A stretch of DNA of 64,000 nt from an uncultured Methanosarcinales archaeon (lineage in GTDB: Archaea; Nanobdellota; Nanobdellia; Woesearchaeales; ARS49). The stretch is from positions 38,192 to 102,191 of the forward strand of contig CAZTVK010000017.1 in NCBI GenBank assembly GCA_964617195.1. Direction: 5' to 3'. Positions within the stretch are counted from its first letter, which is position 1. Every line of letters starts with the position of its first letter. This document shows positions 43,117 through 51,990 of the stretch, in pieces. Made by a program: the position numbers and the translations under genes. Below the pieces are notes generated by a model that saw only the letters and a program-made list of their open reading frames with translations, searched no databases and was not told the DNA's origin.

Positions 43117-45504
43117 TTACTCCCTCCGCACAATACGCCTTATAAATATTTCGACGATAAAAATGATGATTGCCAGAAGCACAAAAGGCCAGCGCACATA
43201 ATCCCTTGCATTGATAGTACGCTTTGCCTTAGTCTTCGCGTGCTCAACAATACTATCAATATCATTAGCGTCAAAAACCCTTCCGCCAGTAGAGCCAACA
43301 ATCTTTTCAAGCTCAGGATTCAAGCCCAAATTCTCAAACTCAGTCTCATAATTCACAGCGAAAACAGCGCCAGCAACTTGTTGGAATCCAACACTAGTAG
43401 GAACGATATTGCCAGTGTAAGTATCCTCATCAATCTTATAGAACACCACATTTGCCGCATCAGGAGGAACACTGCTCCTGACAGTAATCTCAGCAGGCTC
43501 ATTAATCCTCGTATCCTTAGCATCAATAAAAGACGCGCTCTTCCTCTCAGGATCACCAATAGCCCAGTTCATAGTACGCGCGATCAACCTTGAATTTCCC
43601 CTGCCAAGCATAGAACCAGCCCACTTGCTGCCATCATCAACAGAAAACGCGCCAACCCTGCCAAGACCAAGACGCCAGATAGTCAATACCGGTTCTCCTG
43701 TGGACGTTGTTGCCAACAACCTGCCAGCGCCCTTAGGAGAAACCTGATTAAACCCGTACAAAGTCGCGTTAGGCTCAAAATTTTCAGTAATGAAATGATT
43801 CTTATTCAAAACGACCAATTCCATCTGACCAGACTGCGCTTCCTGCTCATCAACAGGACCAAACAAAATTTTGAGCCTTGTTTCCTCAGTAGCCCTGAAA
43901 TAAATACCATTGCTAATCTCAGCAATATCCATCATAATAGCTTCATCAGTCGTCGGACCAACACCAACAGTATAAATCTTAATTCCAGCATTCGCAGCAT
44001 ACTTAGCAGCCTCGTAAGCACTCGCCTGAGATTGAGTTTTTCCATCACTCATCAAAACAATATTCTTGCTACCAGTAAACTGGCTGAGAACACTAATAGA
44101 TTTCAACAAGCCAGCGCCAATATTTGTTCCACCACCCCACTTAATACGCGAAACCAAATCCTCAACATCCTTCTTCGCAAACACGGGGCTCGGCTCGCTC
44201 AACAAATACGCCTGCGTGTTAAACGCCAAAATCGCAACCCTCGTGTCAATCTTAAGATTACGCATTATGTCAATAGTAGCGGACTTCGAAAAGTCAGCAG
44301 TGCTCTCAAACCTACCAAACGGAGTACCCTGAGAACCAGAAATATCAATCAAGATGGCAATCAACACATCGCCTTCCTTCTTCTCAGGAGTACCAACCAT
44401 AACTGGCAATAATGTCTCAAACACTGAGTTCCTGTACCCGCCCTTTTCGAAAGAATTCTCACCGCCAAACACAACCATACCATTCCCATCAGCAACAAAA
44501 TCGTTCAAAACATCAGACACAGGATCAATATCATCAGCCTTGATATCATTCACGACAACAGAATAATAATCCTGCAAGTTCTGAGGCAGACTCGTAGCAA
44601 CATCAACAACATACAACTGCTTCAACAAAGTCTCCATAGGGCTTGCCTTTTCTGACAAGAATAACACTTTCGGCTGAGGAACAACCTTAACAGTCTTATA
44701 GAACACATTGTTATTCGGGAAAAAGTCAGAACTATCAACACTGGCAGTAATCCTATGCGTACCCTTCGGCAACTGCTTAGTAAACTGGTAAGCCTTGTCG
44801 CTTGTGACTTGATCATAAATCACTTCATCATCAAGCATAACTTTCAAACGAACAGACTTAACATCACCAACCTTATTGACAAGCACGACAAAAGAATTCT
44901 CAGCATTCTCCAAAGTCTTAGAAGGACCAAACACCTGCACGCTAGCATCGCTCCTGACGGGATTCAATTTAATGGCATTAATGGAAGCGTTCAACTTGCT
45001 GGCGAACAACGCTACATCACCAAGACTTGAACCGCTATTCGCATTACCGTCGGATAACAGCAAGATGCTGCCATGAGGCTCGAGATTATTCAATACGGCA
45101 TCACCAATATTTGACACAGTGCCAGTTCCGACAATTTTCACTTCAGTGTTTAATTTCTTCTCAAGACGCGCAGCCAATTGCTGTGAAACATCCTCGAAAA
45201 CAGCCATAGACGTGCTGTTGTCAACTAACAATTGGATAAACGGATCTCCCTCGATAAGCTTCTCGCGCTGGACATACGGAGAAGCAAGCGCGATAAGAAC
45301 CAAAATGAACAAAATTGTTCTCGTGAAAATCATCAAACGCCTCACACGACGCTTCTGCAATTTAACATCAGGATCCTCTTTCATAACGATGAAATCCTTC
45401 TTCAACAACCAGAACAAAATCGGAACCAGAGGAATAATCAGCAACAACACCCAAGGATACTCCATGTTCGCGTAAGCCCACCTCAAAATATCAGTGACGC
45501 TCAT
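43117..45504 (-). CDS. BatA-like membrane protein with two vWA domains
   Basis: Aerotolerance-regulator-type N-terminus EYPWVLLLIIPLVPILFWLL. MIDAS motifs DNSTS and DISGS. C-terminal TM WPFVLLAIIIFIVEIFI. Confidence 0.85.
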   Translation of the reverse strand: MSVTDILRWAYANMEYPWVLLLIIPLVPILFWLLKKDFIVMKEDPDVKLQKRRVRRLMIFTRTILFILVLIALASPYVQREKLIEGDPFIQLLVDNSTSMAVFEDVSQQLAARLEKKLNTEVKIVGTGTVSNIGDAVLNNLEPHGSILLLSDGNANSGSSLGDVALFASKLNASINAIKLNPVRSDASVQVFGPSKTLENAENSFVVLVNKVGDVKSVRLKVMLDDEVIYDQVTSDKAYQFTKQLPKGTHRITASVDSSDFFPNNNVFYKTVKVVPQPKVLFLSEKASPMETLLKQLYVVDVATSLPQNLQDYYSVVVNDIKADDIDPVSDVLNDFVADGNGMVVFGGENSFEKGGYRNSVFETLLPVMVGTPEKKEGDVLIAILIDISGSQGTPFGRFESTADFSKSATIDIMRNLKIDTRVAILAFNTQAYLLSEPSPVFAKKDVEDLVSRIKWGGGTNIGAGLLKSISVLSQFTGSKNIVLMSDGKTQSQASAYEAAKYAANAGIKIYTVGVGPTTDEAIMMDIAEISNGIYFRATEETRLKILFGPVDEQEAQSGQMELVVLNKNHFITENFEPNATLYGFNQVSPKGAGRLLATTSTGEPVLTIWRLGLGRVGAFSVDDGSKWAGSMLGRGNSRLIARTMNWAIGDPERKSASFIDAKDTRINEPAEITVRSSVPPDAANVVFYKIDEDTYTGNIVPTSVGFQQVAGAVFAVNYETEFENLGLNPELEKIVGSTGGRVFDANDIDSIVEHAKTKAKRTINARDYVRWPFVLLAIIIFIVEIFIRRIVRRE

Positions 45505-47309
45505 AAGTCACCCCTGTATTTCACGAAAAACACTTCGAAGAGGAGCAAGAAAACAGCCAGAGCCAACAACCAAACTTCCCAATGGAACTCACGCTTCTCC
45601 TTAACAGGCTTCAACTCATAATCAACACTCTTAGTACCAACCTTTTTGTCCTGATTAATATTTGATTCATCATCATCAATCAAATTAACAGCCAAAATCC
45701 TATCTTCCAACTCGTAAACACCAGCCTCGTCAAGCACCAAAGCAGCACGCCTGATGTTTCGGGTAGGAGTCTTCACCATCTGCTCCTCATTCAACATCAG
45801 AGTCTCTCCAGTCTTAAGATTGAGATTCCTGACATCCTGCTGTTCTGTAACGAATTTCATCAGCTCAGTCCAAAAAATCGGGTAATGAGGAGAATACTTG
45901 AACTCGCCATCCTCAGGAATGCCATAGTATACTAATTTTCCAAAATTAGTCTGCTTGATAGTCATCACAGGCACACCACTGACAGTAGCAATGACTGTCT
46001 GCTCGCCAACAGGCTCTGCTTTAATCGCGTAATCAGCCTTTCCGAAATCAACATTCTTTGTAAACCTGTTCAACTGTTCAACATTAACAAACCCGCCATC
46101 ACCCCTGCCATCAAGCTTGACAGGAAGCACCCCTTTGTAATCAATATTCTGAGAATCAGCCTGCACAGCAACAATCACAGTCGCGCCATTCTCAGCACTC
46201 TGCAACATATCCTCAAAAGTACCAGGCAAAACCTGAGCCATATCAACATTATTGACGATAATAACATCATAATCACCATCAGAAATAACAGGAGGCTCGG
46301 TCATCACAACATCCAACTCGCCAGAAGCTAAAAGAGCGTTCTTCAAAAAAATACTCGCATTATTCGAAACAAGCAAAACCTTGGCTTTGCCACCAGCAGG
46401 AGCGCTTAACAACGCAACATTATCAACAGCCAAATCATCCTGAACGCCAAGCTCGATTTTTGTCACACCAGAAGGAGTGTTGAACGAATAAGTTTCAACA
46501 CCCCTCGAAGGAATATTCAACTGAGCCCTCGTGCTGCCAACAGCCAAAGCAACAGTCTTCTGAACAGCATCATAATTCTTCACATAAACAGTAGTTTCCT
46601 CATTCCCCGCGTCTAACTGAATAATTCCAACATTACTCTTCTCCGCGCCCGCAACATTGATGAAATCAACAACCAAACCCTTGGTTTCCAAAACCGCTTT
46701 GGCAACGTCAGGATCCTGACCGCCAGTATTAATGAAATCACTTATGACGACAACCCTGCCCTCTCCTAAAGTTTCACCAGCAACAATAATGGCTTCTCCC
46801 AGCTTTGTAGGAGTTGCTCGCGGCTGCAAACTATTCAAGAATTTAGAAGCCTCTTCACCAGAAACATCCTGCATTGCAATAAACGGAGCATCTTTAGCAA
46901 GAATAATGCTGTTTTTCGCGCCCAAAACTTTCTTTGCCTGAGCAACAGCGAGATCAAACCTAGTACTGCTACCTTCCCTTGTCTGCATGCTCGCGCTGAC
47001 GTCCAAAACAATGACAGTATTAGACGATGTAACGTCATGATCATAAGTCGTGAAAGGCTCAGAAAACGTCAACGCCAGGCCTAACAGTAATAATAACTGG
47101 ATTAAGAACAACCAGTCATGAGTGATCTGTTTCAGGAAACTTGTAAGTTTTCTCGCGCCTGAAGATTTCAAGAAAAACATCAAGCTAGGAATCGGCATGA
47201 CCTTCGGCTTCGGTCTTATAAGATAGAGAATAATAAGCGGAACTAAAGCTAACAACGCCCACAACCCCTCAGGGTTGCCTATACTCATCGGTCCTAAAGA
47301 TACTGGCAT
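45501..47309 (-). CDS. BatA-like membrane protein with one vWA domain
   Basis: N-terminus NPEGLWALLALVPLIILYLIRPKP. MIDAS motif VLDVSASM. C-terminal TM VWLLALAVFLLLFEVFFV. First gene of the operon; TATA at 47339-47346. Confidence 0.85.
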   Translation of the reverse strand: MPVSLGPMSIGNPEGLWALLALVPLIILYLIRPKPKVMPIPSLMFFLKSSGARKLTSFLKQITHDWLFLIQLLLLLGLALTFSEPFTTYDHDVTSSNTVIVLDVSASMQTREGSSTRFDLAVAQAKKVLGAKNSIILAKDAPFIAMQDVSGEEASKFLNSLQPRATPTKLGEAIIVAGETLGEGRVVVISDFINTGGQDPDVAKAVLETKGLVVDFINVAGAEKSNVGIIQLDAGNEETTVYVKNYDAVQKTVALAVGSTRAQLNIPSRGVETYSFNTPSGVTKIELGVQDDLAVDNVALLSAPAGGKAKVLLVSNNASIFLKNALLASGELDVVMTEPPVISDGDYDVIIVNNVDMAQVLPGTFEDMLQSAENGATVIVAVQADSQNIDYKGVLPVKLDGRGDGGFVNVEQLNRFTKNVDFGKADYAIKAEPVGEQTVIATVSGVPVMTIKQTNFGKLVYYGIPEDGEFKYSPHYPIFWTELMKFVTEQQDVRNLNLKTGETLMLNEEQMVKTPTRNIRRAALVLDEAGVYELEDRILAVNLIDDDESNINQDKKVGTKSVDYELKPVKEKREFHWEVWLLALAVFLLLFEVFFVKYRGDL

Positions 47310-47338
47310 CTAACTCAGTATACATTTTACTACACTGA

Positions 47339-47346
47339 TTTAAATA
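47339..47346 (-). promoter_or_regulatory. TATA box for the MoxR/vWA operon
   Basis: TTTAAATA/TATTTAAA about 33 nt upstream of the ATG at 47309 (minus strand). The 13 nt GATTTAAATAGTT are repeated at 47444. Confidence 0.4.
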
Positions 47347-47445
47347 GTTTGTGTAATATTAAGGTCGTTTTGTTTCTATATGGAAAACAATTAAAGGAGG
47401 AATGCTAAATCTGTTGTCACTGTTAAGTGACTATAAAACGAAAGA

Positions 47446-47453
47446 TTTAAATA
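47446..47453 (+). promoter_or_regulatory. TATA box (TTTAAATA)
   Basis: 41 nt upstream of the ATG at 47494, with SD AGGGGTGA between. Confidence 0.45.
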
Positions 47454-47493
47454 GTTGGGCATCTCAATAAAACAGTATAAGGGGTGAACTAAA

Positions 47494-47727
47494 ATGAACT
47501 ACAAAACACTCATTGCGGCAGCGGCACTAGCACTAGGAAGCTGCACTTATGCACAAAAACAACAGCCAACTACCATAGAAGGCAAACTTGAAATCACAGA
47601 AATGACGCCAGAAGAAATGCTGAATGTCCGCGGCTCTACAAGAGAGCAATTTGAAGCATACCAGCGAAAAAATAATTCTACACAATACAACGCAGTCAGA
47701 AACGCACTCTATTCAAACAAGAGGTGA
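47494..47727 (+). CDS. small lipoprotein-like protein (hypothetical)
   Basis: Signal peptide with lipobox-like LALGSC. 77 aa. SD AGGGGTGA. Confidence 0.55.
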   Translation: MNYKTLIAAAALALGSCTYAQKQQPTTIEGKLEITEMTPEEMLNVRGSTREQFEAYQRKNNSTQYNAVRNALYSNKR

Positions 47728-47732
47728 ACAAA

Positions 47733-48107
47733 ATGAAACTAAACACTACAATTGGCTACAAGAGAATAATGTCAACAAAAGGATTTTCATTAAACGATGA
47801 ATTGAACGCTTGGGACGGAGCTCCTGAACAGCCAACAGCTCAAGAGCCAGTTAATGACGACTATTTTGATCGTCCGAACACTGCTGAAGTAAGAGACCTT
47901 TATGCAGCACAAGATGAAATTGCGCATTCTGCTGCTAAAGCACAGGAACGCGAAACATTCGATGCATGCCTGAAATATGCGCTGCAAAAAATGTCAGATT
48001 CGATTCCAGCCGGCAAGTCAAAAAGACCCCGCGTAATCTACATGAGTCAATTACCAAGAAGTATGAAAAAAGAGCTCTCACACTATGTGGGCTTCAGAGG
48101 AGCGTGA
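47733..48107 (+). CDS. hypothetical protein
   Basis: 124 aa from the ATG at 47733 (track GTG at 47724). SD GAGGTGA 7 nt upstream. No family recognised. Confidence 0.5.
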   Translation: MKLNTTIGYKRIMSTKGFSLNDELNAWDGAPEQPTAQEPVNDDYFDRPNTAEVRDLYAAQDEIAHSAAKAQERETFDACLKYALQKMSDSIPAGKSKRPRVIYMSQLPRSMKKELSHYVGFRGA

Positions 48108-48112
48108 TTAAA

Positions 48113-48565
48113 ATGAAACTGCCATCCTATGAACAGCAAAACGAATTCATCACAAAGTACATTGCGCCACTTTTTGACTTAGATTTCGGAAAAGTGATGC
48201 GAAACTACCGAATGAACAGCGCAAAACCATTCACAGACGAACGCATGCAGCAAATTAGACAAGACATCCTTGCAGACGCGCGAGAAAAAATCGAGTTCAA
48301 CCAGAAAATTGATCCATTGAGCACAAATAAAAGCGACTACACCCACAGTAAAAACGGAGAAAAAACCCGTAAAGTAGATTGCTGGGCATACGGCGGCGGA
48401 CTCAGACTTGCGCCATTGAAAGTCGAATACGTCTCAAAAGATCTAGAAGCATCAATTGATGCAAATGCAAGAGAATTATTGATACAACTCAATTCGTTCG
48501 ATAATATCGAACGCACCTTCAGGCCATATCGTGACTTGAGACCATTTAATTTTTTAACCCAATAA
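48113..48565 (+). CDS. hypothetical protein
   Basis: 150 aa from the ATG at 48113, preceded by GAGGAG. No family recognised. Followed by a hairpin plus T-run. Confidence 0.5.
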   Translation: MKLPSYEQQNEFITKYIAPLFDLDFGKVMRNYRMNSAKPFTDERMQQIRQDILADAREKIEFNQKIDPLSTNKSDYTHSKNGEKTRKVDCWAYGGGLRLAPLKVEYVSKDLEASIDANARELLIQLNSFDNIERTFRPYRDLRPFNFLTQ

Positions 48566-48568
48566 ACC

Positions 48569-48594
48569 CCGCCGAAGGCGGAGGCTTAATTTTT
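48569..48594. terminator. GC hairpin plus T-run between convergent genes
   Basis: CCGCC-GAA-GGCGG followed by AGGCTTAATTTTT. Lies between 48113..48565 (+) and 48615..50081 (-). Confidence 0.45.
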
Positions 48595-48614
48595 CTAATT
48601 TAAAAATAAAAAAT

Positions 48615-50081
48615 CTAGCCGCCAAACCATCCTGCAATTCTTCTCCATATGCTTGGAGGTTCTGGTTGAGGATTCAAACCAGCCCAATCTTGAGGTTTGC
48701 CTTGTTTGGATGGAGGCTCAGGCTGTGGGTTCAAACCAGCCATATCTTTAGGAGAAAGCTTCTTTGAAGACGGAGCAGCACCACCATCTGGAACTTCAGG
48801 CGCCTGTGCAACAGTTTGTCCGCCAGGCTCTATGCTTTCTGGGCAATCATGCAAACACACGCCATACGAGAGCGAACAAACTCCCCGATCTCTACCTTCT
48901 TCCCGGCATTGCAAATTACTCTCGCGACATTCTTCCTGACAACTCAGAGGCGGAGGCACCCAATCAGGAGGCAACGGAGGGCAAGCCTGTTGACACATTC
49001 CGTTTTTCCAACCGCAAAATCCTAAATCGCCTCCGTTATCAAGACATTCCAGTTTCTCATTCCTGCATTCCTTCCTGCACCTGACTGCTGCCTGCGGGTC
49101 TTCAGAACCAAAACAGCCATCAACGCATTGAGAAAACACGCCTTTACAGTCTCCTTCCGTGCAACCATGATATTCCTTCACGCACGACATCTCACAATTG
49201 TAATCAGGACACTCTGGCTGTTTGCATTGACGCTTGCACGCATCAATTTTCGATTGGCACGACTTAAGATCAACGTTGTTCGCCTTGCAGTCGTCCATAA
49301 TCTTCTCACACCTGCCTTCGCAGCTCACAGGCTTTGGAGCACACTGCATGATGCAATTCTTTCGATTACTATCGCATGCAGTCTTTATGCCTTCCGCGTT
49401 GAATCCTACAGTTTTTTTCAAGCAAATATCATACTCTCTATCACAACCCTGTTCGCAAGTCTGCGGTGGCTGTTCAGGTTTTTCGCATTTCTGCTGCACG
49501 CAGTCATTGCGGAATTTCTCGCAGGCAGCTCTTACGGATTCCATGTTCAAGCCTACAGTTTTTTCCAAGCACACTTTGTAATCTTTATCACAACCCTGTT
49601 CGCAAGTCTGTGGCTGTTCAGGTTTGTCGCACTTTTCCTGCATACATTCATCGTGCAATCTTGCGCACGCGGCCCTTATGCTTTCAGCATTTATTCCGAC
49701 AGTAGTTTTCAAACACTCATCGAGTTTTCTGCCACAACCCTGCTCGCACGTTTCTTTTGGAGGTTCAGACACCTGAGGCATGCAAAACTTCACAATGCAA
49801 TCTTGAGACTGGCCGCCATACATTTCTCTGCAAGAACTCTCACAATCTTCCTTGCAACGATCATGCATGCAACGGATAAACACGCCCATTCCCTGCGAAA
49901 TAAGCTTCTTGCACATCGTCGGACAATCTTCCTGTGCGGGAGGCATAGCAGTGCGCACGGAAACCGACGCTTGAGCAGGCGCTGTAGTCTTCATAATGTT
50001 GACAGGCACTGTATTAAATGCTGCTGAAACAGAGACAGCAAGAACTAAAAGTAATACGCTAAGAAGAAACAATTTTTTCAT
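48615..50081 (-). CDS. secreted cysteine-rich repeat protein
   Basis: Signal peptide MKKLFLLSVLLLVLAVSVSA (ATG at 50081 after AGAGGTG). About 60 Cys. Three ~50-aa repeats TCEQGC..C..TVG.N.E....AC......C.Q.C. C-terminal GLNPQPEPPS appears twice. Confidence 0.85.
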   Translation of the reverse strand: MKKLFLLSVLLLVLAVSVSAAFNTVPVNIMKTTAPAQASVSVRTAMPPAQEDCPTMCKKLISQGMGVFIRCMHDRCKEDCESSCREMYGGQSQDCIVKFCMPQVSEPPKETCEQGCGRKLDECLKTTVGINAESIRAACARLHDECMQEKCDKPEQPQTCEQGCDKDYKVCLEKTVGLNMESVRAACEKFRNDCVQQKCEKPEQPPQTCEQGCDREYDICLKKTVGFNAEGIKTACDSNRKNCIMQCAPKPVSCEGRCEKIMDDCKANNVDLKSCQSKIDACKRQCKQPECPDYNCEMSCVKEYHGCTEGDCKGVFSQCVDGCFGSEDPQAAVRCRKECRNEKLECLDNGGDLGFCGWKNGMCQQACPPLPPDWVPPPLSCQEECRESNLQCREEGRDRGVCSLSYGVCLHDCPESIEPGGQTVAQAPEVPDGGAAPSSKKLSPKDMAGLNPQPEPPSKQGKPQDWAGLNPQPEPPSIWRRIAGWFGG

Positions 50082-50118
50082 CACGAACACCTCTTTTATT
50101 ATTGAAAGTGGAATTTGG

Positions 50119-50126
50119 TTTATAAA
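50119..50126 (-). promoter_or_regulatory. TATA box (TTTATAAA) within the 16-nt motif TGGTTTATAAAGATTT
   Basis: About 41 nt upstream of the ATG at 50081. The same 16-mer recurs at 52615-52630. Confidence 0.45.
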
Positions 50127-50218
50127 GATTTACTTTGTACTTAGACATAAGCTCGTCGATACAATAAGGAAAGCTTTTTATAACACCTGCCTGAACGCCT
50201 GAATAGGGTGAAGACACA

Positions 50219-50401
50219 ATGAAAGTATATCAGAAACCAGACTCTATAATTTGCATTGATGAAACATTAACTGATGCACCTATGATAGATCCAAAAGACC
50301 AGAAAGCAACGCTCCGCGCATGGAATCTATTGCGCGATTACACACATTCACTGTATCGTTCCCCAAATCATCCTAGAACTGATAAAGAAGATTATCGCTA
50401 G
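50219..50401 (+). CDS. hypothetical 60-aa ORF
   Basis: Only ORF in the spacer between convergent/divergent genes. No motif recognised. Confidence 0.2.
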   Translation: MKVYQKPDSIICIDETLTDAPMIDPKDQKATLRAWNLLRDYTHSLYRSPNHPRTDKEDYR

Positions 50402-50409
50402 ATCTCAAT

Positions 50410-51393
50410 TCATTTCTGCTTCGGATAAGTTCCAGGCAGCATGAACACTTTGTCGATCTTCACGCACAAACCCTTATTCTCAGTCATAACCTGTTCTGTC
50501 GTCATAACAGAAATTCCTAACGCCACCAATTCATCCTTCAAACTCATAACAGCAACAATATCATCCTTATCAATCTCAGAATTCAACTTAACAATACCAG
50601 GCACGTTCAAACTCGCGCCATGACAAACAGTATCAACAGCGCTGTCCTGAATCCAAATTTTAGGCAGGTGCTGAACAGCGAACTCAACAGGCCTAATACA
50701 ATGCCGCAAAAATTTCTCATTGCCTTCTTCCTTCCAAAACGCAAACGCGTCCTCTAAATCCTGCAAAGAAACCCAATTCTTCTCAGTAAAAGGACCTGCC
50801 TTAGTTCTGATCAGTTCAGCCATATGAGCGCCGACCTTCAATCTCTTGCCGACATCATGGCACAATTTTCTCACATACGTGCCAGCCTGCGAGCCCATCC
50901 TAAACAATACGTCCTGCCCGTCAATCTCTAAAATATCAAGATAATACACTTCCCTCTCACGCTCCTTCCTGACAACTGAAGATTTTACCGGAGGCATTTG
51001 AGTGATTTTTCCAACAAACTCCTTCAACGCCTTCTCCAACTCAGCCTGCTCAACAGGCTTGTGCAAGTGCATGATGCAAACATATTCCTTACCGGCAGTC
51101 AACAACGCCTGAACAATCCTGGTTGCACGGTCTGTAGCAACAGGCAAAATACCAGTAACTCCAGGATCAAGACTGCCACCATGCCCTGCCTTCTCAATAT
51201 GCAAAATTTTCTGCACGTAACCAGAAACCATATGAGAAGTCGGACCTTTAGGCTTGTTAAGATCAATCACTCCATACTCGATCAAATCCTGAATTTTTCT
51301 CTCATCAGGATTACAGCCAGATTTAGAATCAGTCTGTGCCTCTCTCTTGACAAGAATTTCGCGCTTTATTTTTTCAAACGGAAGAAGTCCCAT
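50410..51393 (-). CDS. cbf5: H/ACA RNP pseudouridine synthase Cbf5 (TruB family with PUA domain)
   Basis: KPKGPTSH, GHGGSLDPGVTGILPV (catalytic Asp), C-terminal PUA region. 327 aa. Confidence 0.95.
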   Translation of the reverse strand: MGLLPFEKIKREILVKREAQTDSKSGCNPDERKIQDLIEYGVIDLNKPKGPTSHMVSGYVQKILHIEKAGHGGSLDPGVTGILPVATDRATRIVQALLTAGKEYVCIMHLHKPVEQAELEKALKEFVGKITQMPPVKSSVVRKEREREVYYLDILEIDGQDVLFRMGSQAGTYVRKLCHDVGKRLKVGAHMAELIRTKAGPFTEKNWVSLQDLEDAFAFWKEEGNEKFLRHCIRPVEFAVQHLPKIWIQDSAVDTVCHGASLNVPGIVKLNSEIDKDDIVAVMSLKDELVALGISVMTTEQVMTENKGLCVKIDKVFMLPGTYPKQK

Positions 51394-51815
51394 TATTTCG
51401 CTGCTTCTTTTGCAACTGGTTTGTTAGGAGCGGGTTTAGATTCGGTTTTTGGCGCAGGTTTCGCTTCAACTTTTGTCTCTGTAGGAGTGCCAGTTATTTT
51501 CTCAGCAATCTTTTTCACAATGCCTTTCTTTTTCTCTTCTTTCTTCACTTCAAGCATCGGAGCGCCGAACAATTCAGCTCTCACAACACCCTTATCATCC
51601 TTAGAAGCATTGACTTTGACTCTGGAAGGCGGATTCTTCATGCCGTGCTTCCAAATCTCCAAATTCACAGTCGTCCCAAGACGCACATCCTCGCTCTTCA
51701 TATGCTTAGCCAAAAATTCCTTCGCAGTAATAACTGCCTTCTTAGCTCTACGATACCTGGCAGCTTTCAACCAGCCCCTTCTCAATGGAATAGTATAAGT
51801 TCTTTCGAGTACCAT
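51393..51815 (-). CDS. rpl31e: 50S ribosomal protein L31e with Lys/Pro-rich C-terminal extension
   Basis: RTYTIPLRRGWLKAARYRRAKKAVITAKEFLAKHMK...VNLEIWKHGMKNPPSRVKV. About 55 extra C-terminal residues. Confidence 0.9.
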   Translation of the reverse strand: MVLERTYTIPLRRGWLKAARYRRAKKAVITAKEFLAKHMKSEDVRLGTTVNLEIWKHGMKNPPSRVKVNASKDDKGVVRAELFGAPMLEVKKEEKKKGIVKKIAEKITGTPTETKVEAKPAPKTESKPAPNKPVAKEAAK

Positions 51816-51816
51816 T

Positions 51817-51990
51817 TTAAACCTTCAACTTCGTCCTGCGCCAATTTCTTTTGATAGCAGTATGCCTGCCAGGATGGACACGTCTACCTTTACCATACGT
51901 TTTTGGAACTGTCCAAAACGGCGCCCAACGCGTTTGTCGCATTCGCTTGATTAGGCGTTTCTTTCTAGCTGGATGTTTGGTGCTCGGCAT
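51817..51990 (-). CDS. rpl39e: 50S ribosomal protein L39e
   Basis: Not in the ORF track (57 aa). Manual translation: MPSTKHPARKKRLIKRMRQTRWAPFWTVPKTYGKGRRVHPGRHTAIKRNWRRTKLKV, ending in the L39e hallmark WRRTKL. Confidence 0.85.
   Translation of the reverse strand: MPSTKHPARKKRLIKRMRQTRWAPFWTVPKTYGKGRRVHPGRHTAIKRNWRRTKLKV

Noticed and set aside
47390-47456. 21-aa ORF (MLNLLSLLSDYKTKDLNSWASQ) after AAAGGAGG in the divergent promoter region
   Set aside because: The SD-to-ATG spacing is only 1-2 nt. The ORF overlaps the TATA box of the downstream operon, and there is no coding signal.
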